Source: Amoebidium appalachense
Lineage: Eukaryota; Protista; Ichthyosporea
NCBI GenBank assembly: GCA_963693365.1
Contig: CAVNZM010000010.1
Span: 8,805,794 to 8,869,793 of the forward strand
DNA length: 64,000 nucleotides
Direction: 5' to 3'
This document shows, in pieces, positions 22,056-38,970 of the stretch. Every line of letters starts with the position of its first letter. Positions within the stretch are counted from its first letter, which is position 1. The notes below the pieces were generated by a model, which did not search any database, was not told where the DNA came from, and saw only the letters and a program-made list of their open reading frames with translations. Made by a program: the position numbers and the translations under genes.

Positions 22056-22887
22056 GAAATATCGTGTGATGATATGTTAAAACTCGATATATTGTGTGCA
22101 GGTAATAATACTGTGTGCAATAGTGAACCCCGAAATGTTGTGTGTACACATGTCGAAACCGGGTGCGTGTTGTAGCACCGGGTATCACAAGCTACCATGA
22201 TGACATAGTGCGAAAAAGCACATGTGATACCATTCTTAACGGACCGTTAAGGCCCACCATGTGGATGCTGTTGTGGGGATATGGGATATTTTGGAATCGT
22301 CTAACATGGAGACCGACCCCCCCCTTCCCCCACTCCCCCACCAACCTCCGCATTGGCTGTATACGAAACCTTACTACCTCAGAAAAGACATATTATCGTA
22401 GACGTGTCAGGGCTTTAAACTGAGTCAAAAATATTGCCGCTGTGATGTCAAGCCCTGACTGTGAAACAGGGGAGGTGGTCGTGGTAGTTTAGGGTAGGTT
22501 AAGGGGGGTCGGGGGGAAGCCACACACTGTCAGAGGGTGAGGGGAGGAGAGGAAGGAAGGGGGGAGGGGGGGGGGGGGGGGGGGGGGGGGGGTTCTTTGT
22601 TCTGGGTTGCTACACTGTGCCGCACACCCAAGAACCTAACAGCTCATTGACTATTGAAGCCAGGCCACTGAATTTAAGGGGTGGCTGGCTTCACCCAAAC
22701 CCACCAGAGATTGTACACACAGTTTTGCTCCAACCCACATAAGGTTTGCTAAAGCCCATCACTTTTGTATTCATATATGGTCTGTCTGCCCAGGCCGGCT
22801 GCAGGCAGGTGCCGAGTCTACCAAAAAAAACATACATTCAAATTTCAACCATGTGCCCCCCAGACGATTACTCAATATGTACAGACC

Positions 22888-22927
<40 letters not shown>

Positions 22928-22996
22928 GGGGCCACAAAATTCGCCCAGCTCCTTGCTCGTTGCTGATTCCTCCTGCCACAGATCACTCACGTAAGC

Positions 22997-23033
<37 letters not shown>

Positions 23034-23351
23034 CACACACACAGCTCGTGCCCACACACACAGACACACAGACATACACACACACACACACACACTCACA
23101 CACCCAAAACCACACAATCACACACACCACAGGTGAATCCGAATCACACAGTGCTTAAAAAAATCCACACAACAATAAGCAGCAGTGTCTAGATTTGAGT
23201 GTTGGTCATTTGCCAATGGGAATGTGGGAGGGCATGAGACTCAAAGGTGGTGGAGGGAAGATTATGCACATTTGCGCATGGCAAAGCCACAACGTGGATG
23301 GGACACCATGTGCAACATGCAATGTGTTTGTGTCTTGGAGGAGGTGGCAAT

Positions 23352-23387
<36 letters not shown>

Positions 23388-23744
23388 TTGTGTGTTACAT
23401 GATGTGTGATAGTCAGAATGTGTGTGTTCTTGGATATGTCCCTCTCCGTGTGTTTATGTGGTGGGGCAGCGGAAGCTGAAAATGCTTCAAATGCGGGGTG
23501 TGTGGGCTGCATAGAACAAGCAAGCATGGGGAGGAGGTGTTGACAGACAGCATATGTGCATCGGCTTAACCAAAGGTGTAGTGACTTTGTGTGTGTATGT
23601 GTGTGTGTGCGTGCGTCACTGTGTGTGTGGAGCAGGGGGAGCAAGGGGGGAAGGGAGGTGGAAGGGAAGAACACAAGGCAGGTATTGCGGAAGACCTACC
23701 ACTATCCCCCCCCCCCCCCCCCCCCCCCCGCTCACCGTACCATG

Positions 23745-27200
<3,456 letters not shown>

Positions 27201-29364
27201 TTTCGCTACTGGGTCAGCTCCTTGCGCTCACTCGTCTGTGCCCTTGTTTTCGTCTAGCTGCCCTCCTGTCGGTCTCTCCTGAAGCTTAAACCCACCAAAT
27301 TTAGCTAGGCTGGTATGATAATCTAGTATGCGTTGACTGGCACGTTGGCTGCTCTACTTTCACGGTGGATGCGCAACAGTCGCAATGCTCCTATCCCGTT
27401 ATAGGTCATTAGGTAAAACTAACGCAGGGTAGATGTAAACGGCAGCTATGGGACTTCAGTTGTGCTTCCTAGCTTGCAAAACTCAACCACCGGCCCACGG
27501 AGCTGGGCAGCCTGGACGGCCTGAGCCGCAGCTGGCATCAGCTGGAGGAATTCTCACGCGATAGATAACGAATAGCCGTGCCAAATACATGTATCTTTAT
27601 ATGGATAGGCTGTGTCACTGACATACTTGGGCGGTAACTTATACTTACCATGGCTGATGATGCCGCTGGCCCAAATACCGAGACAACAAAGGATGCCTTG
27701 CCGCCTCTTTTCCAGCAGTTGCACGTTCGGGGCCTGGGCCGCCTGGCCAACCCGGAAAACATCACCCGGTAGTTGCGAGTAGACTTGCGATTTTAGTAGA
27801 AAGCTCTGTCACGAGAATTTATGACACGCTTAGATAGTATGCGAAGCAAAACGCCTGTGTGCGTCTAAGCCGACGGAACCCTTTGCTCACATAAAAGAGC
27901 TGTTCTGGCCCAGATGGTCCAAGCCACCTTCCTCCCAACAGACCCAACCCACCTAGCAGAGCTTTGTATCGTTGGTGGCAATATGTGCCCCCCCTGGTGC
28001 AGACGTATGCGATTAACAGACGCATCGCATTTTCCTGCTGGCTGAATACACCGCTCTGGCTTCCCAAGAGTTGAGAGGTGAGTGATGTGTATGATAAGTG
28101 GTGGGGGGCCAAAGTTGTATGATGAAAAATGCTGGGTCCCTTCTCAATCGTTCGTGCATGATGTGTGTTTATATTGCTTTTTTGCCTGCGTGTATTGCAC
28201 GTCTTTTATGCGCGTGCTGTACGTGTCTAGTACCTGCGTGTTCGCGTGTGTGGGTGCATGTTTTGTGTTTGTCAGTGTCTTTGCGTCCTGTCTGTTGTGC
28301 GCGTTTTTTTCACTGTTACGTGTGTTTGAGTGTGCGTGATGCACATGCTTGCGAGATGTAGTGTGTTTCTCTTCATGCACGCAAACTCGTTTGTGTGAGT
28401 GCTGCAACCATCCAACGGAAAGCCGCATGGAGGTATCTTGTGTTTGCTTTTGCTTTTTGGGAACTCGACTTTGCATCGGAACGTATAGGGTTTGCACACG
28501 TTTGTATCTGTTTGTATGTGTGTTAATAACGTTGTGTTGTTATGGGTCGACGTGTTTTTGTTTACTTGCCCGTGTACAACGTGGCCTAACCTCCTGTGGC
28601 TGATAGTGGCGGTGGGAAGCCTCAGCTTCTTGTGTTACTCTGGGTGGTGGGCAAAGTGCCGAAAAAGGCATGTGGGTAGGGCATGATGCATAGAAGGGTG
28701 TTTGTCAATGCTTATCATCACTGAAACGCCTGCACTCACAGCATATATGTGGAGGGAAAGCGGGTGGTGGTGGTGCTGGTATGTGTGTGTGTGTGTACAC
28801 GTGTGTGTGTGTTTGGGGGGGGGGGGGGGGGGAGGGGGGGGAATGTTGTATGAGAATGGTAGGGGCCATTGAAGAGAAAGGAAGGGTGTTTGTAAGTAAG
28901 GGAGGTAGGGTAATGTGTAAGGTAGATAAGTTTAGACAAACTTGAGGGTCTGTCAACCATCCGTGCTGGATGGAAAGGATGTTGTTTTTGGCAAGTTTTT
29001 TGCAATTGGTTGATTTAGGTGATTGTGGAGAAGACTAAGGGGAGGGCACCGACGCGCGCCCGGAGGGGAGAGGGGGGTGGGGGGGATGGGGAGGACAAGC
29101 AGATGTGCCGGGTGTATCTAGCCATTTTCGTAGCTCTCATGAAAGCTGTGTGGCTTGGGCCTTTTTTCTTCTCTACCTCGTTAACGTGCTTTTGCCCCCC
29201 CCCCCCCCCCCCCCCCCCCCTTTTTTTTTTGTGTTGTGGTAATCGTCAGCAACACACAATAACTCCCATATCAATATATTATGCATATGCAACCTCTCTA
29301 GGCACATGTGTGTTCCATGCATACACACACGCACTCACCACTGTTCCCTCCTGCAGGTTGCACC

Positions 29365-30466
29365 ATGGCTACTGCCCCCCACCCACTTACGGCCCAGCAG
29401 CCAGCATACGGTCAGGTATCGGGCCAACAGCCCGGCCCGGCCCTACCCAACCCGGCTTCGGCCCCCTCGATGGTCCAGCACGCAGCCACAGCCCCCCAAA
29501 CCATGTTTGCTGGGTGGGCACCTAGCCACGGTGTGGGCCAGTACCCCGTGTACGTCACCATGCCAACAGCAGCGCCCGGCCCCCATTGGCTCAGCAATCC
29601 ACTCGTGGCCGTGCAGTCGCTTCCCTAATTTGGGCATGCAGCACCCTTCCCTTGCGGCTCTTGTCTACCCACAGCCACCCGGCACACAGCCACGCCTCAC
29701 GGGGGCCAGCATACAACTACCCCCCCAGCTGTTGGGCCAGCACACAACAAACAACGTGGGGGGCAGTCACAGTGCAAGCATGCCCCCCCTGCACACACAC
29801 GTACAGACAGTCGCACCGGGAAGTGTTATGTACACACAATCCCCAAACACCATGGCCGCCCAGGCAGGCCGGCCCATGCAAAATGAAACACAGCCGCCGT
29901 TCCTGTACGGAGGGGAGGGAGGGTTGCCCCCCCTGGATGTGGATATGGATGGGGGGGAGGGTGAGGGTGATGGTGCATATGACGTCGGTCTGTTTGAGGG
30001 AGAGGGAGAGGGGGATGAGGGGGAGCAGCCGCATGAGGCAGGAGGGAGGAAGGGGAAGGGGGGCCAACAGGCAGCAAGGAAGAACAGTGCACCACCAGTG
30101 CGGTATGAGGTCTATGCACGTAAACTGGACGAGTTGGTGAAGAGAGACGACACGGGCAAGGACCTGGCCCTGAGGGCATTCCGCCTGCGGCTTTTTTTCC
30201 AGCTGGTGGCCATGGGCAGGAAGAAGGAGCAGGCCAGGGTAGAAATAGCAACCCTGTGCGGCAAGGGCGAATACTGCTCCAGGCAGATTAGGCGCGATGC
30301 AACAGCGTACATAGCAACAGGCACCCTGCCTGACGTGCCCAAGCATGGGGGTCCCAGGAAGAAGGGCACTAGCACAAAGCCGCCAAAACAGAAACAGGCC
30401 CAGAGGGAAGAGGTGCCTGAGAACAGACACATATGGGTCCAAGAGTATATGGGGCCACGGGTGTAG
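29365..30466 (+). CDS. Q/P-rich and acidic protein with a C-terminal transposase-like helix-turn-helix region (putative transcription factor)
   Basis: ATG at 29365 follows an acceptor (ctgcag, 29356). A short intron is probable at ~29549-29641 (branch-like CCTAAT, atgcag acceptor; donor uncertain). The long exon encodes a Q/P-rich segment, an acidic G/E/D stretch, then LRLFFQLVAMGRKKEQARVEIATLCGKGEYCSRQIRRDATAYIATGTLPDVPKHGGPRKK and a basic tail. Confidence 0.7.
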
Positions 30467-31348
30467 GGGGAAGGGGGGGGGGGGGGGGAATGCAGGAATG
30501 ACACATTGGAAATTTTTAAAAACATGTTAAATAAGTTGTAGATGTGTGCTAGTGTCTAGAAATTGTCGAAACATGATTGTTCCCATTGCAAATTTAGCGG
30601 TCTTGTAAATTGTGGATTTTTCACGCAGTTGCTCTGAGACTCTCACAAATGTAGCGGTTCTTTAAATATTTCACGTCACATCACTGACGCTAACGGTTCT
30701 CTGTGTACATATAATACTATCAATACATATGGCTCATGGCACAAGTTGCTATTAAAGTTTCAGCAGCTTTTTCGTAGGTCGTGGGTTTAACATGTTGGCC
30801 CTCCAACTTTCTCAAACTCAAAGGGCACACATGCACCTGCTCCATAGCCACCTGTCCCTGCCCCGCGTGCACTTGCATATATGCTGTGCCCGTGCAAAGT
30901 TTTGCCCACCTTACCCTACGCATCGCTTTCTAAGCCAAACGTTTCCCTTAGCTATAGGCTTTGCGCGTCACCATGGTCACCCACATCATCCGGAGTGTGA
31001 CTATGCATGGGTAGCACCGGTGGTGACTTGGCCATTTGGCAATGCATGTGACATGCACGCCGGGCCCCAATATAAAAAAACATAGCTATCAACCATAGCT
31101 TAGCTGTGTGCCAAGGCTTTCGAATCTACAAACACTTAATCAAACCCAGACCTGGTAAATGGCCACACTTTGGCATGCACCCAGTGGAGTCTCCCTCTAT
31201 GTGACGTCATAATATCCCTCCCCTGTGTGGAGGGCCTGTTTGGGAAGCTCCTTGTGTTTGATGACGTCACTAGAATTTGATGACGTATGTTGCTGTGCTG
31301 AGTTGCAGGACATATCACTCTTGCACAAGATCTTGCACATACACCCTA

Positions 31349-31833
31349 CAGTAAATTTGTAAATCGGCCACCGTGTTAATTCGGCCACCTTTTGGATTTC
31401 AATCGCTAAGCTAGCCTAAAGTGCAGGGTACCTCTAGAGAGCAATTTTCCTTCAACTTTCCAGCGATACTAAGAAAGCGCTTACGCTGCGAAACCTATGA
31501 GAGCGACACCGCTTACAAGGACGGTTTGTCAAGTTTTTTTAAGACTGAGGAATCCGGACTGCCAATTTGGCCGAATCTGACCGATTCCCGCCCGGGGTGG
31601 CCGATTTACCACAGATCAAAAATTTACCACCAGAATTCATCAACGGCGTCGCAAGCAAAAAAACATACTTATATGCAACTCTACATATGTACATGCTTAG
31701 TAGAAATAAAAGATATAGTATTTTTCTTATTTATAGTGATTTTTTTTTTCTTTTTCGTATAGTATACTTCTATAGTTCTCTAGTCACCGCCCGTACATGG
31801 TGCGAAAGGGTGGCCGTTTTAGGCAATTTACTG
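31349..31833. mobile_element. pogo/Tc1-mariner-type MITE (485 bp) with TA TSD
   Basis: Left end TA|CAGTAAATTTGTAAATCGGCCACC; right end GGTGGCCGTTTTAGGCAATTTACTG|TA (reverse complement CAGTAAATTGCCTAAAACGGCCACC). The TCGGCCACC motif is repeated subterminally and internally (~31596, inverted). Confidence 0.8.
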
Positions 31834-32695
31834 TACTGCGGATGGCACAGTACTACGGAAGTAAAAGCAGAAAACATATACCCTGTTCATCTAGAAGGTC
31901 TTACGGTGTAGCCTTACACAGCCCCCCGGCAAGTGTAGTGTAACTCTAGCTAGCAGGCGGAAGCAGGGTCAGTAGGTGAGGGCACTAGGCACAAGAGTGT
32001 CGGAGGCAGACAGCCTTGGGGCTAAAAAGGGACACGTTGGGTGTGGGTAGGGTGGGCGGCACGCCTGGGCACGACACAGACAGGTGAGCACGCACAGGCA
32101 CGTGAGGCAAGCGCAGACGGAGGCGGGGCAGGCGCACGCTATGAGGTATGGGACTGTGAAGAGGTCGCACATATACGTGTGCATGGGGGTTGAACACGCA
32201 CGGGTGTACGTGTGCCTTGACGGCCTACTTGTCTAAGTGTACAAATAGGTGTGCACGTGCTTGTGAGTGGGCTTGGGTTTGTGGTCTAGAGGTATTAGTG
32301 ATTATGTGCGGGAGCTTTGTGTGCATGTGCTTGGCATTTGTAACTGACCTCTGCTTCCTCACTCGTGTTACACCGCCGTGGCCAAGGAATCGAGCCCAGA
32401 ATGCTTGTGTGCGCATGCCAGTGGCGCATGCGTTTGTTTGTACATATGTGCTTTAGTGCATGTAGCACCCGCTTGTGTGCTGTCCTCTCGAAGCAACGGC
32501 TTCTTGCTTGCGTTTGTGTGTTCATGTACACACATGGTGTGTGTCTGGACCAACCGGAGGGAAGTACGTGCAGACTCTAATGGTTGCCGGATTGTTTCTT
32601 GGCCGTAAGCTCCGCACTTGCACATATGGCGTTCCAACCCCCCTGCGTCTCTGTGCTCTGTGCTCCCAGCATACTCACGTGCAGCCCAACAGACC

Positions 32696-34496
32696 ATGGG
32701 TCAGCAGTTTTCCCGCCTCTTCAGTTGGGGTGTGTGGGCCCCTGAGCCGGACCCCCAGCTCGACTTACCGCAGCGGCCTGTTAAGCGCTTGCGCGTTGAT
32801 GTTTCCTCCAGGCAGCAGACAAAGGGTGTGTGTGGGGGTGGTGTGTGCATGCATGCGGTTGTGCACATGTGTGTGTGTGTGTGTGTATGCGTTTGCACGT
32901 GTGCGTGCATGTGTGCCAGTGTGCGTGCGTGTGTTTTGAATCCTTCTTCCTCCCTTTCATTCATTCTCTAATGCTCCGCCCTATAAATAGCAAGCCTGTT
33001 GGCCGTGTTTTCCTTGGTTTGGGGCCATGATACAACACTCTCACCCCCTCCTTCCCATCTTGGTTTCTCGAGGCACCTGTCTTTAAGGCTTGTTCTTCAA
33101 GTACAGTCGTGGCAGTGATCAGTGTTGGGATGGAGGGGGGCGGTGATGGTGGGGATGGGGAAGGCGGACTCGGGAAGGTGTTTAAGGGGAGAGGGGGGGG
33201 GGGGGGGGGGGAGGGAAAATGTGTTTGGGGGGTGGGGCGGTGGAGAGGAGGGGAGAGGGGTAAGGCTTGTTCTCCAAGTACAGTCGTGGCAGTGATCAGT
33301 GTTGGGATGGAGGGGGACGGTGATGGTGGGGATGGAGAGGGCGGACTCGGGAAGGTGTTTGGGGGGGGGGGGGGAGGGGGGGGAAAGTGTGTTTGGGGGG
33401 GGGGTGGGGGGTGGAGAGGAGGGGGAGAGGGGTCAACCTGAGCAGGCTCAGGGTTAGAGGAGTCATGGAGGGACAAGGTGTGAAGCCAAATACTTGGAAG
33501 TGGCTGTTCGGGGGGAGTTTTGAGGGGAAGAGGAGTGTGCACTGAGATAGTCACTTGTAGGGGATGGCGGATTATGGGAGAGGGTAAGACAATGAGCAGA
33601 GGGGTGGTGTGTGTGTGTGTGTGTGTGTATGTGCGTGCGCTCACGCGCATGTGTGTGGTATGTGTGTGGGTGCGCATATGCGCCTTTTATTTCTATTATG
33701 CTTGGGTGTGTGTGTTGGGGGGGGGGGGGGGGGGGGGGGGGGAGGCAGGGAGGGATGGGGGCTGCATGACTGTGGGCAATGCATGGTCAACTGACTGGGT
33801 GGTGGTGCAGAGGGCAGCATGTACAGCAGTGACCCCTTCAGCAGCCTGCCCGATGAGCTAGTGTGGCACATCATATCCCAACTGCCCACCTACCAGGAGA
33901 GGGCCACGTGTGTCCTTGTGTGCAGGCGCTGGGCGCGCATAGCACGGGCCATGCCGCTGTCCCCCTACACCACCCTGTGGGTTGGTTCCTGCCCCGATGT
34001 GCACTACGGCATGTACTCGAGGGGCGGCGCTAGCAGCGGCAAGAGGCCGGTGGAGGACACCATCCAGGTGGGTGCCATGAGTGTGTTTTGATGGGGGCTG
34101 TATGTGCTGCATGCGGTGCTATAAGCCTCTACATTATGCCCGTCCTTGTTCGCCTGCTTGTGCCCACCCCCACGTGGCTGCACACCCTCTCTTCCCGCGC
34201 TTTCCCTGCTTGGTACGTTTTGTTCACACGTGTTTGTTGCAGGGAGCCAAGGCCTGGGCTGGGGCTGTGCAGAATGTAGGGCTACAGCTGCTGGGACGGC
34301 GTAGGGCCGACCGGGCTACCAAGGCGCTTGTAGACGGGGTAATGGGCAGTCTGGACAGGGCCGTGCGCCTGGAGCTAGTGGCTGGGCCTGTGGTCACGAG
34401 GTGGCTGCTATCTACACACGGCCATAGGCTGCTGGGTTTGTCTCTGTTGGGCCCACAGCCATCACTGAACCCCCTGGCTAGCTGCTCTAGGCTCAC

Positions 34497-34540
<44 letters not shown>

Positions 34541-34603
34541 GGTGGGTGTGCGTGTGTGTGAGTGTGAGTGTGGACGGGTGGGCGAGTGTGTGGATGGGTG
34601 GTT

Positions 34604-34635
<32 letters not shown>

Positions 34636-35603
34636 GGGAAAGAGGGGGGAAGGGGAGGGGGGGGGGGGGTGGAGGGCGGGGGAGGAGGGGGACGGGGGGG
34701 TAGTTCCTTTTGGGGTGAGCTACAGGCTTGGTGCCTGCATAGGCTTCACGGACGGGCCCACACATGCTCACTCTGCTACCCCCAGGGCTGTATCTACGGC
34801 AGACACGGTGCACGGTCGAAGACATACGTGGGCTGAGCACCCTGCCCAGCCTTGAGCTGCTGGACTTTGGGGAGGTGCCCCACCTAGCAGACCTGAGCCC
34901 CCTGTCCACCCTCACGCGCCTGCAGACGCTACAGATACTCAAGAGCATCCACTTGGTGTCGTTGGCGCCACTGGGCCACTGCACCTCACTGGTGTCCCTC
35001 ACCCTCAGAGACTGCCACCATGTGGCTAGTGTGCAGGCCCTGGCCTCGTGCACACGGCTAGAGGCCATAGATTTGACGTTCACAGATGTCAGAGATATCA
35101 GCCCCCTGCAGGCATGCACACACATGAAGAGCGTCAAGCTGGAGCTAGTGGAGACTGTGGAGGCCCTGTGTGAGTGTCTGCAGGTGTGGCCCGGCCTGAC
35201 CGAGCTGAGCTTTGTTGCTGACACGGTGGTGACTGACCTGGCCTTCATGCGCCACACACCAAGGCTGGTGCACTTGGCCCTGCACCAGGCTAGCAGCCTA
35301 GTCGATGTGTCACAGGTAAATATGCACGCACTAAAGGCATATGCACATGCTGAAGTAGATACTTGTGAAAACACAACACTCAAGCACTTATGCATGTGTG
35401 CGCGTGCATGCACACCCTTAGATATACCCACCAGGCACACACACATTACATGCAGGCACAGCACACCCTCACCAACAGACGGAGGCATAACACAAACCTT
35501 CACATACCAACATACACGTGCCTCTGCCAACGCACATATGCTATTGCACAGATAAAACACACACACACACAGGCACACACAGGCACAAACAGGCACAAAC
35601 AGG

Positions 35604-35694
<91 letters not shown>

Positions 35695-35748
35695 GCGCGC
35701 TTATGCACACATGCATACCCGCACGGACACACACTACTATGCACAGGG

Positions 35749-35831
<83 letters not shown>

Positions 35832-35914
35832 GTTCTACAGATCAGCACGTACCTTTTACTCACCCATGCACCTACCTGCTAATGTATGCACTATTGCACG
35901 GACACACGCACGCA

Positions 35915-35972
<58 letters not shown>

Positions 35973-36140
35973 CCGTGCAGATCAGCACTTTACGGGGGCT
36001 GGACATTGAGGACTGCAACCAGGTGGCCAACAGCCACGTGCTCGCAGACATCCCCAACCTCAGGGAGCTGCTGCTGTGGGGCTGCCACAATGCGGACGTG
36101 TGCACACTCGAGGTGTGTGTATGTGTGTGTGTGTGTGTTT

Positions 36141-36177
<37 letters not shown>

Positions 36178-37034
36178 AGGAGGGGGCTGGGTGGAAGAAT
36201 GTCTGCGTGTGTAGGTGTGTGTGTGTGCTCGTGGGGGGGGGTGTATGTGTTTGTATATGGGTGGCTGTGTGGATTCGTACAGGGGTGGGGGTGTCTTCAT
36301 TGTGGGCAAGGGTGTGCTTCTGCGGATGGTGGGTGTGTGTGTTCATGTGGGGTATATGCATTATGTCGGTGTGGGCGTGGTTTGTTATAGTATGCGGGTT
36401 GTGCTCTTGTGTAGGTTTGTGTGTCTGTTTCTGCGTGGGCGTGTGTGTTCTCATGATTGGGGTTGTTTGTACGTGTGTGTACGTGTGAGTGTGTGTGTTC
36501 GTTTGTTGGTGTGGGTTTGGCTGTCTTTTCGTGTGTGGTTGTGTGTGTGTGTTCACGTATTGATGAGGTGTATTTTTACGGATGTGTGCGTGTGTGCCCA
36601 TTGGCGGGTGGGGATGTATGTGCTGTGCGTTGTTGGTGACTGGGGGAAGGGAGGGGGGGGGGGGGAGGGGGGGGGGGGGGGGAGGGGCTGTGTAGTGGGG
36701 AGTGTAGATGGGTGGATGGGAAGGGGAACGGGGAGGAGTGGAAAGGGGGGGGGGGGGGGGGAGGTTTAATAGGCAGGGTGGACCTTTTTCATGTGTTTGG
36801 GCACCGGGGGGGGAGGGGGAGGGTTCCAGATTTGCGTCTGTGTGTCCATGAGCTTTTGGGTGTGTGTGGCTGTGGGTGGTGGGCATCAGTGCCTATGTGA
36901 CACTGACCGTGTGTGCAGGCATTTTCACGGCTGGCGCTGACAAGGTTGGCCCTGACGGCAGCAACCCACTTGACGTCCATTGCAGCACTCAGTGCATGCA
37001 CTACCGTGGAGGAGCTGTGTCTGGACTACACGAA

Positions 37035-37067
<33 letters not shown>

Positions 37068-37706
37068 CTGGACCAAATTGTGTGTGTGTGTCTGCACTGC
37101 ACCATTGTGTATGTGTCTCTGCACTACACGAATGTGTGTGTCTGTGTGTGTGTGTGTGTCTGGACTACACTGATGTATGTGTGTGTATCTGCACTACACG
37201 AATGTGTGTGTCTGTGTGTGTGTGTGTCTGGACCACACTGATGTATGTGTGTGTATCTGCACTACACCAATGTGTGTGTCTGTGTGTGTGTGTGTGTCTG
37301 GACTACACTGATGTATGTGTGTGTATCTGCACTACACGAATGTGTGTGTCTGTGTGTGTGTGTGTGTCTGGACTACACTGATGTATGTGTGTGTATCTGC
37401 ACTACACGAATGTGTGTGTCTGTGTGTGTGTGTGTGTCTGGACTACACTGATGTATGTGTGTGTATCTGCACTACACCAATGTGTGTGTCTGTGTGTGTG
37501 TGTGTGTCTGGACTACACTGATGTATGTGTGTGTGTCTGCACTGCACCACTGTGTGCATGTGTCTTCCGGCATGCAGGGACACACACACCATAGGGGTGC
37601 ACATGCACCTTTGCTCACACACGCAATGCCACTAACTGACCCCCCCCCCCCCCCTCCCCCCCCTTCCCCCACCACCACCATCACGTACGCATTGCACACG
37701 CGCGCG

Positions 37707-37776
<70 letters not shown>

Positions 37777-38294
37777 CACACACATAGTTTGAGGACCTGT
37801 CCCCTCTAGCACACTGTGTGCGTCTGTGTGACCTACGCCTCGTGTGCTGCTCCTTTGTCAAGGACCTGAGCCCTCTCTCTGAGTGTGTGAGCCTGACTGG
37901 GGTCGAGCTAGAGGACTGTGGGTTTACCACGGTGGAGCCCCTGTCCCACTGCCCAAACCTGGTATCTCTGGTGCTGAGGAAGAACGTGCAGTTCACGGAC
38001 ACATCGTCGGTGGCTGGCTGCAGGTGTGTGTGTGTGTGTGATATGTGTGGCTGCGAGGTGCACGTGGTGGATGGAAGTATGTTGGGGGTGCCTCCCGGGT
38101 GCATGCTGGGTGCCAATGGCACAATGCTGCACCTACCTACAATAGCGTGCCAACTGAAAAACTATTATTGCGCTACCTAAGATCAGCACACACACACACA
38201 CACTCACACTCACAGTCGCGCACACGCACACGCGCACGCGCACATGCACACGCACACACACACGCACACACACACGCACACACGCACACGCACA

Positions 38295-38372
<78 letters not shown>

Positions 38373-38907
38373 CCAATTCTGCTATGTGGCTCTACCTACT
38401 TGTCGTGCCAACTGAAAGCCCTATATGGTACCGCCTACTCTAGCACAAGTATGTGTGTTTCATTGCTAATGTCTTATTCCTCTATGCAGGAACCTGATGC
38501 GTGTTGACCTTGAGGGGCCTGAGGTGCTAAGTATTGAGGGTGTGGGGGCATGCACACGGCTGATGGATGTGAGCCTGGCCACCAGTAGGGTCACAGACCT
38601 CAGCCCCCTGGCCCAGCTGCCTGTCTTGGCCTCCCTCAGTCTGGTCGACAACACAGATGTCAATGTACGTGTGTGCGGTGGTTGGTGTGGGTGTGGGTGG
38701 TCTGGGCCAGAAATCGGGGCAGGTAGAGGTGGGAGTAAGTTCTTTTTTCTTTTTTTTTTTTTCCTTTTCCTTTTCTTTTTCTTCTTTTTTTTTTTTGTTG
38801 GTGTGCGTGTGCGTGTGCGTGTGCGTGTGCGTGTGCGTGTGCGTGTGCGTGTGCGTGTGCGTGGGCGTGGGCGTGGGCGTGGGCGTGGGCGTGTGCGTGT
38901 GTGCGTG

Positions 38908-38970
<63 letters not shown>

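Noticed and set aside
22406-22459. 10-bp inverted repeat GTCAGGGCTT/AAGCCCTGAC
   Set aside because: Single short occurrence with no TSD or second copy; compatible with chance.
37016-37555. Regular repeat with variable-looking intervals, superficially CRISPR-like
   Set aside because: The intervals are (TG)n, not unique spacers; the context is a eukaryotic intron and there are no cas genes.
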